Source: Bacilli bacterium (GTDB lineage Bacteria; Bacillota_I; Bacilli_A; RFN20; UBA1709). Taken from it: a DNA stretch of 64,000 nt. Below the pieces are notes generated by a model that was not told the origin of the DNA, did no database searches, and worked only from the letters and a program-made list of their open reading frames with translations. Both the position numbers and the translations under genes were made by a program. Shown in pieces: positions 55,792 to 64,000 of the stretch (the stretch's first letter is position 1; each line of letters opens with the position of its first letter). Where the stretch lies: assembly GCA_050949315.1 (NCBI GenBank), contig JBMNFL010000001.1, positions 448,001-512,000 of the forward strand, read 5' to 3'.

Positions 55792-58431
55792 TTAATTTTC
55801 TTTTTTCAAGCGGAGAAAGAATTTAACAATCTCCACTACGACTATCATCATAAAGGCTAGACCAAGGGCTATAAGCTCATGAATAAAATCTAAATTAATC
55901 AAATTAAATAAGTCGGCTAAAAAAGGCACGTAGACAACTAACATCATAATGCCAACCCCCGCAAAGAAGGCTAGCCACAAGGCTTTATTATCAAATAAGC
56001 GCTTAGAAAAAATGCTGCCTGTTCTAGATTTTACATTAAAACAATGGAATAATTGGGCGCTTGATAAGGTGATAAAAGCCATCGTTTGCCCAGCAGCTAA
56101 GGAGGCTTCTGTCGAACCAACACTTAAGTTACAGCCGATAGCAAAGGAAATTAAAGTCAAAATACCAACAAGACTTCCTTGCCAAAGTAAAGTCTGACCA
56201 AAGCCCTTACTAAAGATACCTTCACTCTTAAGTCGGGGTTTTTGTTGCATGATTGTTTCTTCAACTGGCTCCATACCCAAGGCAAAAGCCGGTAAAGTAT
56301 CGGTAATCAAATTGACAAAAAGCAGATGAACCGGTAAAAGAGGAACACCCCAAATTGCCGTATCACCCAAGGCAAAAGCCCCAATGATAGAGGCGATAAA
56401 GATAGTTAAAACCTCACCAATATTACTCGATAAGAGGAAATGAATAACCTTTTTAATATTGGCATAGATACCTCTTCCCTCTTTAACCGCTAGAATAATT
56501 GTCGCAAAATTATCATCGACTAAAATCATAGAAGAAGCGCCCTTAGCCACTTCTGTACCAACCTTACCCATCGCACAGCCAATGTCGGCTTTCTTAAGTG
56601 CGGGCGAGTCGTTAACCCCATCGCCCGTCATCGCCACAATCTCCCCTTGTTTTTGCCAAGCCTCAACAATTTGTACCTTGTGTTCAGGAGCAACCCTAGC
56701 ATAGACACTATACTTGCGGATATTATTAGCAAATTCTTCTGGATCCATGTCAACTAAGTCACTGCCAGAAATGGCCTCTTGTCCTTCTTCAAGGATACCT
56801 AAATCCTTAGCAATCGCACAGGCCGTTGAGATATAATCACCCGTAATCATAATGGGGCGAATTCCTGCTTTTTTTGCGAGCATTATCGCTTCTTTAACCT
56901 CTTCTCTAGGTGGGTCAATCATGCCCACTAAACCTAATAAAGTAAAATCGTTTTCCACCTCTTCTATCGTCGGCTTTTTTATAGCACTATCTAGTTTTTT
57001 ATAGGCCACGGCTAAAACCCGCAAGGCCTTTTTAGACATTTGATCATTGGCGGACTCAATTTTAGCTAAATTTTCCATGTTACAGCAGCGCTTGAAAACC
57101 ACATCAGGAGCCCCTTTAGTAATTGAATAGATTTGTCCATTATACTCCCCAATAACTGTCATCATCTTTCTTTCCGAATCAAAAGGAAATTCATATAGAC
57201 GTTTAAAGGTGGCCTTAGAACCAAAACCATAGTCATCATGGGCTACTAAAATCGCCGTTTCTGTCGGATCACCAACATAGATTTCCTCACCATTTTCATC
57301 TAAGGTTTTAGTCCCATCACTAGCAAAGGCAAAGAAGGCTAAAATCTTTTTATACTCATCGTTAAGTTCAGGGGAAATTTTAACCGAATTATGGCTGATA
57401 TAGGAATAAAGTTCCATAACAGTCATCTTGTTTTGGGTAAGGGTACCCGTTTTATCACTACAGACAATAGAGGTACAACCTAGGGTTTCAACCGCTGGCA
57501 ACTTACGAATAATCGCTTTGTTTTTCACCATCTTTTGGACCCCAATTGCTAAGACCAAGGTCACGATAGCTGCTAGTCCTTCCGGAACGGCAGCCACCGC
57601 CAAAGCAACAGCCGTTTTAAAAGCATCTAAAACAGTAAGGCCAGTGGCCCACTCCATTATAAAAACCACCGCACAGATGGCAATAGAAACAATACCTAAA
57701 GTCTTTCCAACCTTGGCCAATTGATTTTGAAGCGGGGTGTTTTCAACTTTTTGCTTGATAAGTAAGCCGGCAATCTTCCCAACTTCAGTTTCCATACCAC
57801 TGCCAGTAACGATTAACTTTCCTCTTCCATAAGTCACAACTGTAGAAGAGTAAACCATATTTTTACGGTCCCCTAAAGGCAAGTTCTCCGCCTTTAAAAC
57901 CGTGTTTGTTTTTTCAACAGGAACCGATTCTCCTGTTAAAGCACTCTCATCAACTTTTAAATTATGACATTCAATTATCCTAGCATCCGCGGGAACTAAA
58001 TCTCCTGCCTCAACCCAGACAATATCGCCAGGTACCACTAAATTGGCAGCGATGACAACTAAGTCCCCATCGCGCACAACCTTCGCTACAGGAGCACTCA
58101 TCTTCTCTAAGGCCTCCAAAGATTTTTCAGCCTTCGTCTCTTGAACTAATCCTAAGACGGCATTTAAAATCACCACGATTAAAATAATTAAAGAATCGGT
58201 CCATTCATTGATATCCACAATTAAAGAAATGGCGGCGGCCGCTAAAAGAATGAGAATTAAAACATCGGCGAATTGTTGAAAAAAACGAACAATTAAAGGG
58301 GTTTTCTTCTTTTTTGTCAATTCATTAGGTCCGTACTTAACTAAGGCTTCCTTAGCCTTTGTCGTACTTAAACCCTTATCTACATCACTTTGGAAAAGAC
58401 TGACAACTTCTTTAATGCTTTTACTATACAT
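55792..58431 (-). CDS. P-type IIA cation-transporting ATPase (Ca2+/Mn2+)
   Basis: TGES, VPEGL, CSDKTGT, GDPTE, GDGVND. Confidence 0.95.
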   Translation of the reverse strand: MYSKSIKEVVSLFQSDVDKGLSTTKAKEALVKYGPNELTKKKKTPLIVRFFQQFADVLILILLAAAAISLIVDINEWTDSLIILIVVILNAVLGLVQETKAEKSLEALEKMSAPVAKVVRDGDLVVIAANLVVPGDIVWVEAGDLVPADARIIECHNLKVDESALTGESVPVEKTNTVLKAENLPLGDRKNMVYSSTVVTYGRGKLIVTGSGMETEVGKIAGLLIKQKVENTPLQNQLAKVGKTLGIVSIAICAVVFIMEWATGLTVLDAFKTAVALAVAAVPEGLAAIVTLVLAIGVQKMVKNKAIIRKLPAVETLGCTSIVCSDKTGTLTQNKMTVMELYSYISHNSVKISPELNDEYKKILAFFAFASDGTKTLDENGEEIYVGDPTETAILVAHDDYGFGSKATFKRLYEFPFDSERKMMTVIGEYNGQIYSITKGAPDVVFKRCCNMENLAKIESANDQMSKKALRVLAVAYKKLDSAIKKPTIEEVENDFTLLGLVGMIDPPREEVKEAIMLAKKAGIRPIMITGDYISTACAIAKDLGILEEGQEAISGSDLVDMDPEEFANNIRKYSVYARVAPEHKVQIVEAWQKQGEIVAMTGDGVNDSPALKKADIGCAMGKVGTEVAKGASSMILVDDNFATIILAVKEGRGIYANIKKVIHFLLSSNIGEVLTIFIASIIGAFALGDTAIWGVPLLPVHLLFVNLITDTLPAFALGMEPVEETIMQQKPRLKSEGIFSKGFGQTLLWQGSLVGILTLISFAIGCNLSVGSTEASLAAGQTMAFITLSSAQLFHCFNVKSRTGSIFSKRLFDNKALWLAFFAGVGIMMLVVYVPFLADLFNLINLDFIHELIALGLAFMMIVVVEIVKFFLRLKKEN

Positions 58432-58444
58432 ATGCTCCTCCTAT

Positions 58445-58556
58445 AAAAAAACAAGACCGTCAAAAGAGACGAAGGTCTTGCCGATCAATCATATTGACTA
58501 TAGTATCCGGGAGTTTATCCGTGCTGACGAATACCATATAGTAGCTACTCTCCTTC
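58445..58556 (-). ncRNA. yybP-ykoY (Mn2+) riboswitch with overlapping terminator
   Basis: Minus strand GAAGGAGAGTAGC...CGTCAGCACG...CCGG...GGCAAGACCTTC, then the alternative hairpin CAAGACC/GGTCTTG-T7; TATAAT at 58569-58564; upstream of a P-type ATPase. Confidence 0.85.
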
Positions 58557-58579
58557 AAACACCATTATAATAACATAAA

Positions 58580-59671
58580 TTATTCTAATTTAAAACAAGA
58601 ATTCTTAATCCAACCAAGGATACCCTCTTTTTTGGCTAAAGAGTAACGTGAGCCATAATAAACTAGACCTAGTTTTTCTCCCTCATAAGCTTTTAAGTGA
58701 TTGGTAGTCGCATCAGAACAGTAGGTTTTGCCATTTTCTTGATAAAGATTGCGAGCCAAAACTTTAAATTCATGGCCACTGGTCAAATGGCGTACATTAC
58801 TAAATTCACCTAGATGTTCCAAAACCTCAACCTGAGAATCTCGCCAACTGACACTTATAGGTGAATAAGAATCCTTACTTAAATAAGCCTCCGTTACAAT
58901 GATTTGGGGTAAATTGTCAACATAAGCGGAACTAAAACGCCCATTTTCAATAATTAAGGCATTTAATTGACCACTGCTTTTTAAAACATTCCCGCCGTCA
59001 ATGGAGATTATGCGTTGTTTTTCATTGATGCGGGGATTAAAGGAAATAATTTCTTTGGCATAATTAGAAACTGGCCAATGTCCTACGATTACATATTTAT
59101 CAAAATAAAAACCCCGACCCTCAAAATTATCGCATTTCATCAATTGATAGGGATCATCACAAAAACCCTCTTTATTAGGATTGATGCCCCCATGAACAAA
59201 GAGATAATCTTCACTTTCAATGATGTGCGGTAAATTGGTTAAAAATTCCCATTCCTTGGGAAAATGTTCCTTTAGAATATCGGCAATTTTGTAACAATCG
59301 CTATCAAAGTTTACCTGAAGATTGATCTTGCGACACAATTCCTTAACCAAAGAATTTCTATCATCCAAAAGATACTCAATATAAAGGTCAGGCCTTATGG
59401 TTCTACTCATCATATACCAAACATCATCAGAATTACCCAAAACTACATGAACATTTTTCTTCTTACTTAAATCCATGAAGTAATGCAGGGTTTCTAAAGA
59501 ACTGCCACTACCTCTTTCTAAGAAATCGCCCACTATAAAAAGATAGTCATCCTCGCTGTAATTGATTTTGGCCAGTAATCTTTTAAACAAGGCTAACTCC
59601 GTATGAATATCTGAAACACAGATGATTCTCCTATCAGGTAGAAAATCTATTTTTTGAATACGCGCTTGCAT
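58580..59671 (-). CDS. Calcineurin-like metallophosphoesterase with C-terminal SH3-like domain
   Basis: SDIH, GDFLERG, GNSD, FVHGG, VGHW, IDGG; ends GWI. Confidence 0.85.
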   Translation of the reverse strand: MQARIQKIDFLPDRRIICVSDIHTELALFKRLLAKINYSEDDYLFIVGDFLERGSGSSLETLHYFMDLSKKKNVHVVLGNSDDVWYMMSRTIRPDLYIEYLLDDRNSLVKELCRKINLQVNFDSDCYKIADILKEHFPKEWEFLTNLPHIIESEDYLFVHGGINPNKEGFCDDPYQLMKCDNFEGRGFYFDKYVIVGHWPVSNYAKEIISFNPRINEKQRIISIDGGNVLKSSGQLNALIIENGRFSSAYVDNLPQIIVTEAYLSKDSYSPISVSWRDSQVEVLEHLGEFSNVRHLTSGHEFKVLARNLYQENGKTYCSDATTNHLKAYEGEKLGLVYYGSRYSLAKKEGILGWIKNSCFKLE

Positions 59672-59686
59672 CTTTCCTCCCATAAT

Positions 59687-59714
59687 AAAAGCCACACCGG
59701 AAGATGTGGCTTTT
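59687..59714 (-). terminator. tuf terminator
   Basis: AAAAGCCACA...TGTGGCTTTT. Confidence 0.8.
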
Positions 59715-59733
59715 AACCTCAGTCCTTTTTATT

Positions 59734-60921
59734 TTATTTAATAATGGCACTGACGTTGCCAGCACCAACGGTCCTGCCACCTTCACGGATGGAGAATTTG
59801 GTTCCCGGCTCAATGGCGATGGGGTGAATTAATTCAACTTCCATCTCGACATTATCGCCAGGCATAACCATCTCGACACCAGCTGGTAGTTTGATAACAC
59901 CAGTAACATCGGTGGTCCGGAAATAGAATTGGGGACGATAGTTAGCGAAGAAGGGAGTGTGTCTTCCACCTTCATCTTTAGAAAGAACATAGACTTGGGC
60001 CTTAAAGCTGACGTGGGGCTTAACTGAACCTGGTTTTGCGATAACTTGACCACGGACAACTTCCTCACGGTTCACACCACGGAGTAAGACACCAACGTTG
60101 TCGCCAGCCTCCGCATAGTCTAACAATTTACGGAACATTTCAATACCAGTAGCTACTGACTTGCGGGTTTCCTTAATACCGACAATTTCAACATCATCGT
60201 TGAGATTCAAGCGACCACGCTCAACTCTACCCGTAGCCACGGTTCCACGACCAGTGATGGTGAAGACGTCTTCAACTGGTAGTAAGAAGGGCTTATCAAT
60301 TTCTCTAACTGGTAGAGGAATATAAGTGTCAACCGCCTCCATTAATTCATAAATGGGTTTGACATTCTCTTCAGTGGGTTTTTCAAGGGCCAGTAAAGCG
60401 GAACCGCGAATAACTGGGCAATTATCACCATCAAAACCATATTCGTTTAAAAGGTCACGAACTTCCATTTCAACTAAGTCAATTAATTCAGGATCATCGA
60501 CTTGGTCGGTCTTGTTTAAGAAGACGATAATTTTGGGAACACCAACTTGTCTTGAAAGTAGGATGTGTTCTCTAGTTTGGGGCATGGGGCCATCGGTGGA
60601 AGCGACAACTAAAATCGCGCCATCCATCTGGGCGGCACCCGTAATCATATTTTTAATGTAGTCCGCGTGTCCTGGGCAGTCAACGTGGGCATAGTGCCGC
60701 GTTTCCGTATGATATTCGATATGGGCAGTATTGATTGTAATACCCCGAGTCTTCTCTTCGGGAGCGGCGTCAATTTGGGAGTAAGAGCGAACTTCTCCAC
60801 CATATTTCTTAGCCAAGGCCATTGTAATAGCAGCTGTTAAAGTGGTTTTACCATGGTCAACGTGACCGATAGTTCCGATATTAACGTGGGCTAAACTTCT
60901 GTCAAATTTTGCTTTTGCCAT
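59734..60921 (-). CDS. tuf: Elongation factor Tu
   Basis: [27 protein letters not shown]. Confidence 0.99.
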   Translation of the reverse strand: MAKAKFDRSLAHVNIGTIGHVDHGKTTLTAAITMALAKKYGGEVRSYSQIDAAPEEKTRGITINTAHIEYHTETRHYAHVDCPGHADYIKNMITGAAQMDGAILVVASTDGPMPQTREHILLSRQVGVPKIIVFLNKTDQVDDPELIDLVEMEVRDLLNEYGFDGDNCPVIRGSALLALEKPTEENVKPIYELMEAVDTYIPLPVREIDKPFLLPVEDVFTITGRGTVATGRVERGRLNLNDDVEIVGIKETRKSVATGIEMFRKLLDYAEAGDNVGVLLRGVNREEVVRGQVIAKPGSVKPHVSFKAQVYVLSKDEGGRHTPFFANYRPQFYFRTTDVTGVIKLPAGVEMVMPGDNVEMEVELIHPIAIEPGTKFSIREGGRTVGAGNVSAIIK

Positions 60922-60955
60922 AAAAATTACTTTCCTCCTTGTGTAATCTTATTCT

Positions 60956-60984
60956 ATTTTACTTATTTTTTTTGTTAAAATCAA
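60956..60984 (-). promoter_or_regulatory. Internal promoter for tuf
   Basis: TTGATT-17-TAAAAT in the fusA-tuf gap. Confidence 0.5.
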
Positions 60985-60990
60985 TAACAA

Positions 60991-63063
60991 TTAAACAGCA
61001 CCATGCTTTTTAATAATCTCTTCGCTAACCAAACGTGGTGCTTCCTTGTAGCAAGAGAATTGCATTGAATAATTCCCACGACCCTGGGTATTGGATCGCA
61101 GGTCCGTCGCGTAGCCAAACATTTCAGCTAGTGGGACTAAAGATTTGATAATCTGAGCATTACCCCTCTGCTCCATGCCCTCAATGCTGCCACGCCTGGC
61201 GTTGATATCACCCATGACATCACCCATATATTCATTAGGAACCGTCACTTCCACGGCCATGATGGGTTCAAGAATAACAGGTTTACATTTTTTAGCAGCT
61301 TCCCTAAGGGCCAAACTAGCAGCCACCTTATAGGCCATTTCGCTAGAGTCCACATCGTGATAGGAACCATCAAATAAAGTTGCCTTCACATCGATGACAG
61401 GAAAACCTGCACTAATACCCGTAGAAAGAGCATCCTGTAAACCTAAATCAATGGGCTTGATATATTCTTTGGGTATCGCTCCCCCAACAATCTTGTCGAT
61501 AAATTCGTACCCGCGGCCTGGGTTGGGTTCAAACTTAATCCAACAATGACCATATTGTCCACGACCCCCAGATTGCCGAATGTAACGACCCTCACAATCG
61601 CCTTCTTGGGTTATTGTCTCGCGATAAGAGACCTGAGGCGCTCCAACATTGGCATCAACCTTATATTCTCTTCTTAGGCGATCGACAATGATATCGAGGT
61701 GCAACTCACCCATACCTGCGATAATAGTCTGCCCAGTTTCATTATCGGTATAGGCCTTAAAGGTGGGGTCTTCTTCGGCTAACTTGATAAGAGCCGCCGC
61801 TAATTTATCTTGATCGGCTCGTGATCTTGGCTCAATCGCCTGATGAATAACCGGTTCTGGAAAGATCATTGATTCTAAAATGATAGGCTTATCAAGATCA
61901 CAAAGGGTATCACCCGTACTCGTACTCTTAAGGCCAACAGCCGCCGCGATATCGCCAGCATAAACATCACTGATATCCGCCCTATTGTTGGCGTGCATCC
62001 TAACAATACGACCTAATCTTTCTTTAGTTCCTTTAGAGGCATTATAGATATAAGTCCCCGCCGAGGCATGACCTGAATAGACTCTAAAGAAGGCTAATTT
62101 ACCGACAAAGGGATCGGTAACAATCTTAAAAGCCAAAGCGGCAAAGGGGGCCTTATCATCAACCTCACGAATTTCTTCCTCGCCTCTTTCATTGCTACCC
62201 TTAATGGCCTCAACATCACTAGGAGAAGGTAGGTAATCGATAACCGCATCCAGTAAGGGTTGAATGCCCTTATCTTTATAGGCCGAGCCACAGAGGACAG
62301 GGAAGAAGGAGCCAGAAATAACACCTTTACGAATGGCTGATTTGATTTCCTCAATGCTGGGTTCTTCACCCTCTAAAATCTTCATCATTAAATCATCGTC
62401 AAATTCCGCAATTTTTTCTAACAGTTCTAATCTTAGTTCCTCACACCTATTAACTAGATTAGCAGGAACACTTTTTTCAACTAACTTTTCGCCCTTTTCT
62501 CCTTCAAAGTAATAAGCCACACGCCGAATAATATCGACGGCTCCTTCAAAGTCTTGGGCACTGCCGATGGGATATTGGACGGGATGAGCATTAGCCTCTA
62601 AACGGCTATGGATACTTCTTACACTCATCTCAAAATCCGCCCCTACGGCATCCATTTTATTAACAAAAACAATTCTGGGAACTTGGTAAGTTGTACCTTG
62701 GCGCCAAACCGTTTCGGTCTGGGGTTCAACCCCGTTTTTACCATCCAGAATGGTAACCGCCCCATCTAGGACCCTTAATGAACGCTCAACTTCAACCGTA
62801 AAGTCAACATGTCCTGGGGTATCGATAACGTTGATGCAATAACCCTTCCAGTGGGCCGTAGTGGCCGCTGAGGTAATGGTGATGCCTCTTTCTTTTTCTT
62901 GAGCCATCCAGTCCATAACCGCCGTGCCTTCATGGGTCTCACCTAATTTATGGGTGATGCCTGTAAAATAAAGAATTCTCTCCGTACAGGTGGTCTTCCC
63001 CGCATCAATATGCGCCATAATTCCGATATTACGGGTCTTTTCTAAGGGATATTCACGCGCCAT
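60991..63063 (-). CDS. fusA: Elongation factor G
   Basis: [30 protein letters not shown]. Confidence 0.99.
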   Translation of the reverse strand: MAREYPLEKTRNIGIMAHIDAGKTTCTERILYFTGITHKLGETHEGTAVMDWMAQEKERGITITSAATTAHWKGYCINVIDTPGHVDFTVEVERSLRVLDGAVTILDGKNGVEPQTETVWRQGTTYQVPRIVFVNKMDAVGADFEMSVRSIHSRLEANAHPVQYPIGSAQDFEGAVDIIRRVAYYFEGEKGEKLVEKSVPANLVNRCEELRLELLEKIAEFDDDLMMKILEGEEPSIEEIKSAIRKGVISGSFFPVLCGSAYKDKGIQPLLDAVIDYLPSPSDVEAIKGSNERGEEEIREVDDKAPFAALAFKIVTDPFVGKLAFFRVYSGHASAGTYIYNASKGTKERLGRIVRMHANNRADISDVYAGDIAAAVGLKSTSTGDTLCDLDKPIILESMIFPEPVIHQAIEPRSRADQDKLAAALIKLAEEDPTFKAYTDNETGQTIIAGMGELHLDIIVDRLRREYKVDANVGAPQVSYRETITQEGDCEGRYIRQSGGRGQYGHCWIKFEPNPGRGYEFIDKIVGGAIPKEYIKPIDLGLQDALSTGISAGFPVIDVKATLFDGSYHDVDSSEMAYKVAASLALREAAKKCKPVILEPIMAVEVTVPNEYMGDVMGDINARRGSIEGMEQRGNAQIIKSLVPLAEMFGYATDLRSNTQGRGNYSMQFSCYKEAPRLVSEEIIKKHGAV

Positions 63064-63117
63064 ACACTTTCCTCCTCCCTTCTTCTAATACTTTCTTCAT
63101 ACAATCCTTATCAGTGA

Positions 63118-63588
63118 TTACCAACGGAAGTGGGCAAAGGCCTTATTGGCTTCTGCCATCTTATGGGTATCATCACGTTTCTTAACTGAATTTCCCACTC
63201 CATTGCTAGCATCAATGATTTCATTACAGAGTCTTTCCTCCATCGACTTTTCGTTACGAGTTCTTGAATAACTGACCAACCATCTTAAGCCTAAAGAAAT
63301 TCTTCTTTCAGGCGAAACTTCCACAGGAACTTGATAGTTGGAACCGCCAACCCGACGAGCCTTTAATTCTAATGAAGGCATAATATTGTTGATGGCGACA
63401 TCAAAGACTTCAATTGCCGGTTTATTGGTCTTCTTCTCCACCATATTAAAGGCGGTATAAAGTAAATCCTGAGCCGTACCCTTCTTGCCATCTAACATAA
63501 TCTTATTAATCAAACGTGTAACTAATTTAGAGTTATAAATTGGATCTGGTAAAACATCTCTTCTAGCTACACTACCTTTACGTGGCAT
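63118..63588 (-). CDS. rpsG: 30S ribosomal protein S7
   Basis: [28 protein letters not shown]. Confidence 0.99.
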   Translation of the reverse strand: MPRKGSVARRDVLPDPIYNSKLVTRLINKIMLDGKKGTAQDLLYTAFNMVEKKTNKPAIEVFDVAINNIMPSLELKARRVGGSNYQVPVEVSPERRISLGLRWLVSYSRTRNEKSMEERLCNEIIDASNGVGNSVKKRDDTHKMAEANKAFAHFRW

Positions 63589-63612
63589 AATACATTTCTC
63601 CTTTCTTGAAAA

Positions 63613-63999
63613 TTATTTAGGCTTTTTAGCCCCATAATGTGAACGCCCTTGTCTACGCGCATCCACCCCCGCACAGTCAAGTGTTCCCCTGACGATGTGA
63701 TAACGCACACCAGGTAAATCCTTGACACGGCCGCCTCTAATCATGACGACACTGTGCTCTTGTAAGTTATGGCCTTCACCACCGATATAAGCGGTAACCT
63801 CATTGCCATTGCTTAAGCGAACACGAGCATACTTACGTAAAGCCGAGTTAGGCTTTTTAGGTGTCATGGTTCCAACCCGTGTACAAACCCCTCTTTTTTG
63901 AGGCGAATTGGTTTTGGTAACCTTCTTTTGTAACGAGTTCCAACCTTTATTTAAAGCCGGAGCTTTGGATTTGAAAGTAACCTTTTTTCGTCCCTGACG
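63613..63999 (-). CDS. rpsL: 30S ribosomal protein S12, N-terminus beyond the window end
   Basis: Frame continues upstream of the listed ORF: [22 protein letters not shown]...[18 protein letters not shown], with the Bacilli-type insertion. Confidence 0.98.
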   Translation of the reverse strand, partial: RQGRKKVTFKSKAPALNKGWNSLQKKVTKTNSPQKRGVCTRVGTMTPKKPNSALRKYARVRLSNGNEVTAYIGGEGHNLQEHSVVMIRGGRVKDLPGVRYHIVRGTLDCAGVDARRQGRSHYGAKKPK

Positions 64000-64000
64000 A

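Noticed and set aside
1360-62369. Many short overlapping ORFs in the track (e.g. 1814-2011, 28699-29037, 41800-42294, 49459-49914, 51820-52317)
   Set aside because: Antisense or out-of-frame shadows of well-supported genes, with no motifs
1-64000. Genetic code 4 (TGA=Trp), prophage or IS elements
   Set aside because: TGA ends several genes (e.g. 3230, 22145, 39530) and long ORFs are intact in code 11; no transposase, integrase or phage structural genes recognised

Overview
64 kb of chromosome from a low-GC, probably anaerobic Bacilli-type bacterium. TGA is used as a stop, so this is code 11, not Mycoplasma code 4; Ser-rich lipoproteins and a giant membrane protein suggest an RFN20/Acholeplasma-like lineage (inference). 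Housekeeping genes include the rqcH 3' end, rsmD, def, dxs-ispH-uppS, a RluA synthase, nrdG/nrdD/trxB, xth, rmuC, a sirtuin, a P-type ATPase behind a yybP-ykoY riboswitch, tRNA-Ala(CGC) and rpsL-rpsG-fusA-tuf. Two things stand out. (1) A ~15 kb TetR-controlled, cre-bearing catabolic locus (13.3-28.6 kb): Liv-type ABC importer, three alpha/beta hydrolases (one resembling Bacillus PhaZ), CoA-transferase, MaoC (R)-hydratase, Bcd-EtfBA and an atypical Cys-His-His FabH-like enzyme. It reads as an anaerobic PHB-oligomer/(R)-3-hydroxybutyrate-to-butyrate route. (2) Four stand-alone AAA_14/DUF4143 ATPase-nuclease genes, each with its own phased repeat array (32-bp, 23-bp, 23-bp, or a 14-bp inverted repeat) over its promoter. 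One of these control elements recurs as an orphan copy 33.5 kb away, and another resembles the operator of a nearby XRE-MNT/HEPN toxin-antitoxin module. Also present: a NrdD with a fused redoxin domain, a 2240-aa repeat protein with an 837-bp internal duplication, and a ceramide-synthase-like GNAT. All calls come from reading motifs by eye; no database searches were run.
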